From contig CANMLD010000001.1 in NCBI GenBank assembly GCA_947498315.1, positions 38,781-102,780 on the forward strand: DNA of 64,000 bases, given 5' to 3'. The notes below the pieces were generated by a model, which made no database searches, was not told where the DNA came from, and saw only the letters and a program-made list of their open reading frames with translations. This DNA comes from Pseudomonadota bacterium. GTDB lineage: Bacteria; Myxococcota_A; UBA9042; GCA-2863065. Position 1 is the first letter of the stretch. Each line of letters opens with the position of its first letter. Position numbers and translations under genes: made by a program. Positions 42,399 to 52,800 of this stretch are shown here, one piece after another.

Positions 42399-43331
42399 AT
42401 GTACGCCTGCAAGAGTGTCCTTTGGCTCGCACTTCTCTGGCCGGGATTCGCGCTCGCGGGTACGAACCCGTCCATCTGCGACCGTGCCGAGATCACAGTC
42501 GATGGGCGCGCGGTTCTGCTTTATCCGGGCTGCACCCTAGCGGCAGGCTTCGACTTGATGTCCTCGGCGCAAATGTCGCCCGTGGCCGCTGAGGCCCTCG
42601 CACGAGACATCACCGTGGCCCCACTCGCGCCCTTTCACGAAGAAGGCCCCTTCGGCGAGTGGATGACGGGGAGCAAGGAGACCGATCGGACCTTCAACGC
42701 CTGGAATGCTTTCGAGATCCCGGGGACTGACCACGTTCTCCGCTATCGTCGGCGCGCCGACTTCAACGGCGACTCGGCCGCCGCGGTCATCGACGGAGAC
42801 ATTCAGTACGCGCCGATCGCGGCCTTTCGCGACGCGTTCAAGAAAAAGAAGGACGGACCGGATGCGCCCAAGGGGCCGGTCGCGTTACGGGCGCCGGTGC
42901 CCATTGGGAAGGCGCCGGTGGCGAACCTCGTGGGCGTCTTCGAGCTAGGACCCGAGAGAGCCGCCAAGGGCTTGAAGACGCGCGCGGCCGACGGGACCTA
43001 CGATCCTCAGAAGTTCAGAGCGGCCGTCCCGACCTTCGGGGACTTCGTTGTCCACGCCCGTTACAGCTACCGGCATATCGGTTCGGACGCGACGAGCGGC
43101 TGGCAGATCGACGGCGTGAACCCAGGCGCGGCAGGCGGCGAGTCATTCTGGGTGGCGCTCGGGTTCGAGGCACCGGGCTTTCGCGTGGTCGAGCCGCTCT
43201 CAGACGCGGTGACGTGGACCGCGAGCGCGGAGCTTCACCGAATCTACGCTGCTTTGTTGGCGGGCCAACCCGTCGTGATTCGCACCTACGTGCCTTTCAA
43301 GTGGCGAGTCGTCAATCTTCAGCCGCGCTGA
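42399..43331 (+). CDS. Secreted hypothetical protein
   Basis: Signal peptide ...WPGFALA; GC3-rich codon usage. Confidence 0.7.
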   Translation: MYACKSVLWLALLWPGFALAGTNPSICDRAEITVDGRAVLLYPGCTLAAGFDLMSSAQMSPVAAEALARDITVAPLAPFHEEGPFGEWMTGSKETDRTFNAWNAFEIPGTDHVLRYRRRADFNGDSAAAVIDGDIQYAPIAAFRDAFKKKKDGPDAPKGPVALRAPVPIGKAPVANLVGVFELGPERAAKGLKTRAADGTYDPQKFRAAVPTFGDFVVHARYSYRHIGSDATSGWQIDGVNPGAAGGESFWVALGFEAPGFRVVEPLSDAVTWTASAELHRIYAALLAGQPVVIRTYVPFKWRVVNLQPR

Positions 43332-43366
43332 TTGCGGCCACGCCCGTCGCGCGGCACTCTCCCGCC

Positions 43367-43987
43367 ATGACGCGAGAGACACCGATCGGAGTTGCCTGGG
43401 ACGCTCGCTATGCGGGTGACGTGTTCTTTTACGGCCAGGAGTCGAACGACTTCCTGCGTGAGAGTGAGCCTCATTTGGCTCGCGGCGGTCGCGTCCTGAG
43501 CCTCGCCGAGGGTGAAGGTCGAAACGCGGTGTTTCTGGCCGAACGTGGTCACCGCGTCGTCGGAGTGGACGCGTCGGCAGTCGGTCTCGCAAAGGGGCAG
43601 ACGCTGGCCGCGGCCCGCGGCGTCCATATCGAGACGGTCGTCGCCGACCTCTCCGCGTGGCAGTGGACCGGCGAGCTGCTCGATGGCGTCGTCGCCATCT
43701 GGTGTCATCTGCCAGTCCCGCTGCGAGCCGAGGTCCTCAACGCGGCGGTGGCGGCGCTGCGACCCGGCGGCCTTCTCATCCTCGAGTCCTACACGCCGAA
43801 CCAAGTTGGGAGAGGGACCGGCGGGCCTCCCAACCCAGCGCTATTGCCCACCGCGTCGATGCTTCAAGAAGAGCTTCACGGACTGGCATTCGAACACCTC
43901 GTCGAGCTCGAGCGGCATGTGTCGGAGGGCAGTGGTCATCTTGGGCTCAGCGCTGTGGTGCAGCTGCGGGGGCGCCGCATTGCCTGA
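43367..43987 (+). CDS. Class I SAM-dependent methyltransferase (TehB-like)
   Basis: WDARY...VLSLAEGEGRNAVFLA...LRPGG. Confidence 0.9.
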   Translation: MTRETPIGVAWDARYAGDVFFYGQESNDFLRESEPHLARGGRVLSLAEGEGRNAVFLAERGHRVVGVDASAVGLAKGQTLAAARGVHIETVVADLSAWQWTGELLDGVVAIWCHLPVPLRAEVLNAAVAALRPGGLLILESYTPNQVGRGTGGPPNPALLPTASMLQEELHGLAFEHLVELERHVSEGSGHLGLSAVVQLRGRRIA

Positions 43988-44002
43988 CGAGGTGGGCACG
44001 CA

Positions 44003-45396
44003 TCACAGGGAGAACTCCGGAGGCGGCAGCGGCGGCTCACCGACGAGGTCGTCGAGGGCATCATCCTTCCGCAGCGCATGGGCTAGAGCGGCCCTTCGGC
44101 GCGTGCGCTCACCGAGAAAGTCGAGGACCGCAGTGGCGCCGTCGCGTGCACCGTCGGTCCCGCCGAGCGACGTCGCGAGGGCTCTGGAACGGAGCTGCGA
44201 AGCTGCAACGACGCGAACGGCGGCATCGCGGACCTGCTCGCGATCGAGCCTCGTCGGGTTGAGCGCTTCGCCCACGCCGAGCCGCTCGACTCGCGCGGCG
44301 TTCTCGATCTGATCGCCACCGAAGGGCACCATCAGCATTGGCTTGCCGAGGGCGAGGCACTCCTGAACCGTGTTATTGCCGCCGTGTGTCACGACCAGAT
44401 CGACTTGGGGCAACAGAGCGACCTGCGGCACTCGTTCGAAGAGCCAGGTTCGTGCACGCCGTCGCTCCGAGAGTCGTCTCAGGCTGGTACCGGCGCTAAC
44501 GACGACGGAGGCGTCCAACACGGCGAGCCCGTCGAGGATCTGCTCATAGATTCGGGGCTTTCCGTTCATCACGGTGCCGAGCGACACGTAGACTCGAAGG
44601 CCATCTGCAGGCAAGACGTCGAGCGAGGGGTGGGCGGACGCCGCGCCAAGTCGCGGGGCTGGCAGGCAGGGGCCTATCATCAAGACAGGACCGTCGAGGG
44701 GCTGAAGCCCGGGCTCGAGCTGAGGCAGGGTAGCCAGCAGGTTCAGATCCGGCGAGAGCGGGCGGGTCAAGAGTCCGCTGGCTGGGCGGGGCAGCCCGAG
44801 CGCGTCAGCAGCGCTTCGTACGCGCTCGTCGAAACGTCGCTCGAGGCGACGGAGCGCCGCTTCTGCCGAGATCCAGGCGGGGAGCCCCGGGCGGTCGCGC
44901 CGAGCCCGCTGCCGAAGGGCGCGGCACCATCGACGGGGAAGGGGAGGGCGGAGTGATAGAGCGCGACGTAGGGCCGCTTCACGAGCCCGGCGGCGAGCAT
45001 GGCGGCAGGCATCAAGTAATCGCCGACGATGACGTCGGCGTCCATTCGCGTCGCCCACGCCGCGATCTCCCGTGCCTGGCTCTGAAGCCCAACCGTGAAC
45101 AGTTCGATGGCGACGGCGAGCTCGTCGTGGCCGGTGTTCCAGGGCAGTCGAGCGGCGTACCAGATCGCCCCGGGCGATGGTGACAGCGGCAGCACGTCGA
45201 GGCCATGGCTCGTGATGGCGTCAGCAACCTCCATCCCCGCTTTCAGTGGTGCCGGCCACAGCCCCGACAAAGGCAGGCGAACGCGTGTGGTCGCGAAACC
45301 GACTGTGTGGCCGAGGTCGCGAAGTTGCACGCCGATGGCACGCAGGGCACTGATATGTCCGATAGTGGGGTGGGCGGCCAGGAGGATGCGACTCAT
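44003..45396 (-). pseudogene. GT1/MGT-family glycosyltransferase split by a 1-bp frameshift near 44880
   Basis: N-terminal half ILLAAHPTIGH; C-terminal half VYVSLGTV, VPQ..LL, THGGNNT..E, DQ..NA; one extra G in the G4 run at 44879-44882 joins the two. Confidence 0.85.
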
Positions 45397-45661
45397 CGGG
45401 ATGCCGCCTTGTTGCAACCGGTGGGTGGCGCTGTCAAGGCATCCCTGCGGGATGGGCTGTCAACGGCGCACGCTCCGACGGCTGTCAGACGTTCACCTCG
45501 CCGTGCCGCTCGGCAGCCCCCACTCTCGGCTCTGGAGAGGCCGATGGGGACCGTAGACGACGTGAAGTGGGCGAAGGAGCGCTCTCAGGACCGACCGGGC
45601 GCCGAACACCGCGGATACAGAGCGGAGCCGAAGGTCCTTCGAGATTCAGCGCATAAACGAC

Positions 45662-45692
45662 AAAAGCCCCGGTCGTTACCGACCGAGGCTTT
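45662..45692 (-). terminator. Intrinsic terminator after tRNA-Asn
   Basis: Minus strand AAAGCCTCGGTCG-GTAA-CGACCGGGGCTTTT. Confidence 0.8.
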
Positions 45693-45724
45693 CTGTGAAC
45701 CAGGGGAGGACCCAACGGGTTCTC

Positions 45725-45800
45725 TGGCTCCGACTGTTGGACTCGAACCAACGACCCGCGGATTAACAGTCCGCTGCTCTACCAACTGAGCTAAGTCGGA
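45725..45800 (-). tRNA. tRNA-Asn (GTT)
   Basis: TCCGACTTAGCTCAGTTGGTAGAGCAGCGGACTGTTAATCCGCGGGTCGTTGGTTCGAGTCCAACAGTCGGAGCCA, 76 nt, CCA encoded. Confidence 0.98.
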
Positions 45801-45833
45801 ATGGTGCGGCGTTGCCATCGCACTTGGAGGCGG

Positions 45834-45862
45834 TTTATGCCTTCGGGCCCGGGGGCTGTCAA
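45834..45862 (-). promoter_or_regulatory. Sigma70 promoter of tRNA-Asn
   Basis: TTGACA-N17-CATAAA on the minus strand. Confidence 0.65.
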
Positions 45863-45886
45863 GCCTGCGGTTGTGCTTTTTCGGGG

Positions 45887-46600
45887 TCAGGGGTTCGGGA
45901 TGAACTGGTAGCCGGCGCCTCGGTGGGCGAGGAAGTGGGTGGGCTCGGCGGGGTTCTTCTCGAAGTAGCGGCGCAGGCGGACCAGGAAGTTGTCGACCGT
46001 TCGGGTGTTTGGGTAGTTACGGAGCTTCCAGACGCGCTCGAGGAGCTCGGAGCGGGTGATGACTCGGCCTGGGTTTTGGGCGAAGTAGGCGATGAGGTCG
46101 AGCTCGAGCTGGGTGAGGGTCAGGCGTTCTCCTCGGACGGTCACGATGTGGGTATCGAAGTCGATGTGGGCGTCGCCGAAATTCAGCGTGCGGGTGTTCG
46201 GAGGCGGTGCTTCCCGCTGGCGTTCCCACGATCGGCGGCGCAGGACCGAGCGGACTCGCGCTAGCAGCTCCTTCAGCGCAAAGGGCTTGACGAGATAATC
46301 GTCGGCGCCGGCTTCGAGGCCCGTGACGCGGTCTTCGGCGCTGCTTCTGGCCGTGAGCATGATGACTGGGATGTGGTTGCCGGCGGCGCGGAGGCGGCGG
46401 CAGAGCTCGAAGCCGTCGAAGTCGGGGAGCATGACGTCTAAGACGATGGCGTCGTAGCCGTCGACGTCGAGGAGCTTTGCGGCGGCCTCGCGAGCCGTTC
46501 TCACTACTTCGACGTCGAAGCCCTCGAGCTCCAGGTTCAGCTTCAGGCCGGCGGCGATGTTCGCTTCGTCTTCTACGACCAGGAGTCGGCCGTCGGGCAT
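45887..46600 (-). CDS. OmpR-family response regulator
   Basis: LLVVEDE, VLDVMLP, GADDYLVKPF, wHTH TRTVDNFLVRLR...RGAGY. Confidence 0.95.
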   Translation of the reverse strand: MPDGRLLVVEDEANIAAGLKLNLELEGFDVEVVRTAREAAAKLLDVDGYDAIVLDVMLPDFDGFELCRRLRAAGNHIPVIMLTARSSAEDRVTGLEAGADDYLVKPFALKELLARVRSVLRRRSWERQREAPPPNTRTLNFGDAHIDFDTHIVTVRGERLTLTQLELDLIAYFAQNPGRVITRSELLERVWKLRNYPNTRTVDNFLVRLRRYFEKNPAEPTHFLAHRGAGYQFIPNP

Positions 46601-46872
46601 CTCACTTCCTCCCGATGCGCGAATCCTCGCGCGGATGAGCGTCGGTAGCCGGCCCTTGCCGCCACCACCTCACGGTCCATAACACGTTACCTCCCGCTTC
46701 CCAAAGCGACGGCAGGCCCCAACCTGCGGGAGCTCACGTGGCTTACAGGATGTGTACGTCGCTGGAGTGGCGCAAGCGTCGACGCCCTCGATTTGGGGTT
46801 TGACCCGGCTGATGCGGCGGCCGTAGCCTGTTTCGAGCGGCGCGCCCTCGCTCCGATGCCTGGAGGAAGTTC

Positions 46873-49800
46873 ATGTCCACGTACCATCGGCGAGCCACCG
46901 CAACTACCCCGTCGTCTCGTCTTCTCGTAGGCGCTCTCTGGGCGTTCTCCCTCGCCTGCTCGTCCGGGTCCGAGCCGACGAGCGTCGGCGGTGTGATAGT
47001 GGACACCGTCGCCCCGGTGGATACGAACGGCGGCGGCGGCGGCGAGGTCATCGGCGCACCCGACACCGCGGCGCCAGACACGTCGGACGCCACGACGAGT
47101 GACGCCGGTGAGCCATGCCCCGGCTGCGCGTTCTCGTCCTGTGAGTCGAACGCCGACTGCAACGACGGCTACTGCATCGAAGGACCTTCGGGGCTCGAGT
47201 GTGGGCAGCCCTGCGTGCTCGACTGTCCGAAAGGCTATAAGTGTCGTGGGGTTGGTGGTGGGTCCGGCGATCCGGTGTTCCTCTGCGTCTACGACCACCT
47301 CGAATACTGTCTCCCCTGTGATACCGATTCGGATTGCGCCCACCCGCTCCTACCGGGCTCCACGACCTCGTGCGTGTCGCGCGGCGCGGCCCTCGGTGGT
47401 TTTTGCGCTACCGCATGCGAAGGCGATGAAGACTGCCCGACCAGCTCCTCTTGCGTCCTCGCTAGTGAAGCCGGCGCCTCGAATCAGGGTGGCTCCTGCC
47501 AACCCACGAGCGGCGAGTGCGGATGCTCGTCCTACGCTCAAAGCGTCAGCGCCAGCACCGGGTGCACCGTCACGAGCGAGCTCGGCGCGTGCAGCGGCCG
47601 GCGCACTTGCAGCGAAGCGGGCCTCTCGAGCTGCGATGCACGCACGCCCGCTGCCGAGTCCTGCAACGGGCAGGACGACGACTGCGATGGGGAGACCGAC
47701 GAAGGCGTCCCGACGACGGGCGAGCCCTGCGATGGCGATGACCCTGATCTCTGCGCGAGCGGCACCTGGCAGTGCTCCTCGGCCGGTCTCCTCTGCGATG
47801 ACGACGCCGCCTCCGCAACCGAGACCTGCAACGGTCAAGACGACGACTGCGACGGCAAGACCGACGCCGCGGACGACGAGCTCTCGCCTGTCCCGTGTGA
47901 GCTGACCGTCGGTGCGTGTACGGGCGCGCTGGCCCCGGTCGAGACCTGCTCGGGCGGTGGGTGGCAATCCTGTCCGGATGCCGTCTACTTAGCCCTCGGA
48001 TTCGGCTACGAGCCGGGTCAGGAACAGACCTGCGACGGCAAGGACAACGACTGCGACGGGCTCTTCGACGAGGACGTCCCGCTGACGGGCGAGGCCTGCG
48101 ACGGCCCGGACGTCGATGATTGTACCGACGGGGCGTGGGCTTGCACGAAGACCGGCCTCCTCTGCGACGACGGGCCGGAGTCCGGCGCCGAGAAGTGCGA
48201 TGGCCAAGACAACGACTGCGACGGGCTGACCGACGCCGACGATCCAGACCTTGCCCTCGTCCCCTGTCAGAACGTCATTGGCGCGTGCTCGGGCGCCCTT
48301 CGTCCCCCGTCCGCGTGCCAGGACGGCGAGTGGACCGACTGTGGCGACGACGTGTATGCCGCGCTCGCCAGCGCGTATGAGCCGGTCGCCGAGCTCTCCT
48401 GCGACGGCCAGGACAACGACTGCGACGGCAAGACCGACGACGACTTCGTCCTAGCGCTGCCTGACGGCGCTTCCGTCACCGGCGTTGGTGCGGCCTGTGG
48501 CGCTGGCCTCTGCGCTGGCGGCGTCACCACGTGCGGAACCGCAACGTCCATCTCCTGCACCACCCTCGGCAACCTCCAGCCGGAGTCGTGCAACGGACTC
48601 GATGACGACTGCGACGGCGCCATCGACGCCGCCGACGAGTCACTGACCTCACCCCTCTGCGAACGGCAAGCGGGCCTCTGTACCGGCACGCTCAAGCCGC
48701 GGGACCTCTGTGTCTCCGGGAAGTTCGGCGCGTGTACGGACGACATCTACCTCACCCAGGCGCCCGCCTACTCGGCTGGTGCCGAGCAGCGCTGTGACGG
48801 CAGCGACGACGACTGCGACGGCCAGACCGACGAGGACTTCGTGCTCAAGACGCTCGCAAGCGGCTTTGTCGTCGGCATCGGCCAGACTTGCGGGACCGGC
48901 AAATGTGGGGGCGGCGTCACGGTGTGTTCGCCGGAAGGCAACGCCTCGGCTTGCCCGACCGAAGCGAACGCCGTCGAAGAGATCTGTAACGGCAAAGACG
49001 ACGACTGCGACGGCCTCGTCGACGCGCTCGACCCATCGATGGTGCTCGTCGTGTGCGAGCTCCAAGCCGGCTCCTGCGCCGGCTCGCTGAAGACCGCTGC
49101 GCTGTGCAAAGACGGCGCCTGGACGGCATGCACGGTCGGCATCTACGCCGACCATTCGGAGGCGTGGGAGTCAGGCCAAGAGGTCTCCTGTGACGGCGTC
49201 GACAACGACTGCGATGGCAACATCGACGAGGACTTCCAGGTCATTTTGCTGAGCGGCCAGATCGTCGAGGGAGCGGGCCAGCCCTGCGGCGCGGGCGCGT
49301 GTACGGATGGCGTGACCGTGTGTGACACGGCGGGCCTCGGGCTCACGTGCAGCAGCGAAACATCAGCCATTCCAGAGACCTGTAACGGCCAGGATGACGA
49401 CTGCGATGGCAGTACCGACGCCGTCGATGCCCAGCTTCAGCTCACGCTCTGCGAGGACCAAGACGGCTTCTGCGCTGGCGCACGTCACCTGAGCGCCGAT
49501 TGTGTCGCCGGCGAGTTTGCTGCCTGTAGCAGCGCCATCTACGCGGCCCACTCGCCGCTCTTCCAGCTTGGCGCCGAGACGACCTGCGACGGCAAAGACA
49601 ACGACTGCGACAGTCAGACCGACGAAGACTTCTCGCTCACCCTGCCCAACGGCGCGACGGTGACGGGCGTTGGCGCGGCGTGCGGCGTGGGCATCTGCGC
49701 AGGCGGCGTGACCCAATGTGGCGGCGGCGGCCTCGTCTGCTCAACGGGCGGGCAGGCAGCGACGGAGGTCTGTAACGGCAAGGACGACGACTGCGACGGC

Positions 49801-52800
49801 CTCACCGACGCAGCGGACCCTTCGCTCGTCACGACGGCCTGTGAGAAGCAGATCGGCGTGTGCGCCGGCGCGGAACGACCTGCGGCGCGGTGCGTCGGGG
49901 GCGTCGAGCTCGCTTGTACCGCCGGCGACTACCTCGCCCACGCCGCCACCTATCAGGACGGCGTCGAGACCGGCTGCGACGCCAAAGACAACGACTGCGA
50001 CGGCAGCGCCGACGAGGACTTCTCGGTGGCACTCCCGAACGGGGTGACCGTGACCGGTGCCGGCAAGGTCTGCGGCACCGGCGTGTGCAGCGGCGGCATC
50101 ACGGTCTGCGCCGGTAGCACCATTGTCTGTTCGACCAGCGCCAGCGCGTCGGCAGAGACCTGCAACGGCAAGGACGACGACTGCGACGGCGAGACTGACG
50201 CGACCGACTCATCGATGCAGCTCGTCTCGTGTGAGAAGCAAGCGGGAGTGTGTGCCGGCATTCAGAAACCCGCGTCCCTTTGCTCCGGCGGCCTCTGGAG
50301 CCCGTGCTCGACCTCGACCTACAAGCTCGCGAACGCCGCCTATCAAGCTCCGATCGAGACCGGCTGCGACGGCCTCGACAACGACTGCGACGGTCCGGCC
50401 GACGAGGACTTCACCTTCGTGGGGCTCGACGGCAACCTGGCTACGGGCGTGAACGCCGACTGCGGCACGGGCAGGTGCTCGGGCGGCAAGACGACCTGCG
50501 CGCCCGACCAGCTCGGGCTGAAGTGCTCGACCAACGTGGCGGCGACGGCCGAGATCTGCAACGACCAGGACGACGACTGCGACGGCAAAACCGACGCGGC
50601 GGATCCGTCCATGGCGACAGTCGCTTGCGAGCTTCAAACCGGCGTCTGTGGTGCGCTCCAAAAGCCGAAGAACCTCTGCGTGCTCGGAACCTGGCAAGCC
50701 TGCGACGCGAGCGAATACGGCGCGGGTTGGCAGGCCGTTGGGGAGATCGCGTGCGATTCCAAAGACAACGACTGCGATGGCCAGACCGACGAGGACTTCA
50801 GCGTCACGACGGCCGACGGCGCGAACGTCACGGGCACGGCGAAGGCGTGTGGTACCGGCGTCTGTGCGGGCGGCACGACGCTATGCAACTCCGGCGGGAA
50901 CGGGATCGTCTGCTCGAGTGCTGGCAGCGCCGTCACCGAGGTCTGCGACGCCAAAGACAACGACTGCGACGGCAAGACCGACACGGCCGATTCGAGCATC
51001 GTGGTCCCGCTTTGCGAGAAGCAGAGCGGCCTCTGTGCTGGCGCCAAAAAGCCACTTACGCTCTGTCAAAGCGGCTCGTGGGCTGCGTGCGCTACGGCGG
51101 TCTACAAGGCGTGGGCCTCGGCCTACTCCGCGACCACCGAGGTCGCGTGTGATGGGGCTGACGAAGACTGTAGCGGCACCGCCGACGAGGACTTCACCTA
51201 CGCGCAGCCCTCCGGCACCGTCAACGGCGTGGGTGCTAGCTGCGGCGCCGGGCAATGTGCCGGCGGTGTCACCATCTGCAATCTGGCCAAGACCGGCCTC
51301 GTCTGCACCACGGATGCGGGTGCTGGCTCCGAGATCTGCGATAGCCAAGACAACGACTGCGACGGCCAGGTCGACGCGGCGGACTCGTCACTCGCGCTCA
51401 TCGCGTGCCCACTCACGCAAGGCGTCTGTACGGGCTCGATGCGAACGGCCGCGCTCTGCCAGAGCGGCGGTTGGCAGTCCTGCACCGGCGCCCAGTACGG
51501 CGCCAGCTACCAGTCGGGGACCGAGGCGTCGTGCGACGCCAAAGACAACGACTGCGACGGACTTACCGACGACGACTTCACGGCTGCGCTCCTGAACGGC
51601 ACGACCGTGAAGGGGGCCGGCAAGTCCTGTGGCGTTGGCATCTGCTCGGGCGGCGTCACCGTGTGTAACGGGGCATCGGGGATCAAGTGCAGCTCGGAAG
51701 CGAACGCGACCGCCGAGACTTGCGACGGCTTCGACAATGACTGCGACGGGCTGACTGACGCGGACGACCCCTCGCTCGTGCTCGTCGCGTGCGAGAAGAC
51801 GCTGAGCCTCTGCGCTGGCGCCACGAAATCGGCCGCGCTCTGCACCGGCGGGACGTGGAAACCATGTCCCGCCGCCGCGTATCCCGTTGGCTACCAGGCT
51901 GGAGCTGAGATCAGCTGCGACGCGAAAGACAATGACTGCGACGGGCAGACGGATGAAGACTTCAGCTACGTCGGACCGAACAGCGCTACGGTGAACGGCG
52001 CCGGGAAGGCCTGTGGCGTCGGGGTCTGTGCCGGGGGCACGACTGCGTGCAACAACACTCAAACCGGCATCGTCTGCTCCACCTCAGCCAACGCGGTAGC
52101 GGAGATCTGTGACGCGAAAGACAACGACTGCGACGGGGCGACGGACGCTCTCGACGCCAGCTTGACGCTCATCTCGTGCGACAAAACCGCGGGTGTCTGC
52201 TCAGGGACGACGCGGCCGGCGGCCCGTTGCGTCACCGGCGCATGGACGAACTGCCAGGCGGCGGACTACCCATCGCCCTTTGAAGCGACCGAGTCCCTCT
52301 GCGACCAGAAGGACAACGACTGCAACGGGCAGACCGACGTGTTCGTGAACAGGCCGCTGAACAGCGAACAGCGCGGCGCCTGCGCCGGCACTCAAAAGGC
52401 GTGTACGATCAATGGGTTCGCGGACGAGTACGGCTCCGTCGCGCTCTATGGGCAATACGAAGAGCCCAGCGCCGCGTTTGCCGATGAGAACTGCGATGGC
52501 ATCGACGGCACCGTCATGGCGGCCATCTTCGTGTCGCCCACGGGTGTCGACGGCGCGACCTGTGGTGCCCAGAAGTCGCCTTGCAAGACCCTCCCGGGCG
52601 CACTGACGGTGTCCGGGACCTCCGGGAAGAAAGACATCTACCTCGCCTCCGGGAGCTATGCTGGACCGCTCATCCCGACGACGGGCACGCGCTTCTACGG
52701 CGGCTACGGCGCGAACTGGGTGCGCTCCGGGAGCGTTGGCAATGCCAGCAGCATTACGGGCGGCGTCCTCACGTCGGTCTTCCCAGGCGACGCCATGACG

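Noticed and set aside
47650..52340. Regularly spaced GACAACGACTGCGACGG repeats as a CRISPR array
   Set aside because: They are degenerate, in-frame coding repeats ~150-220 bp apart inside one ORF, with no cas genes. The same applies to 2965-3455 and 27400-30100.
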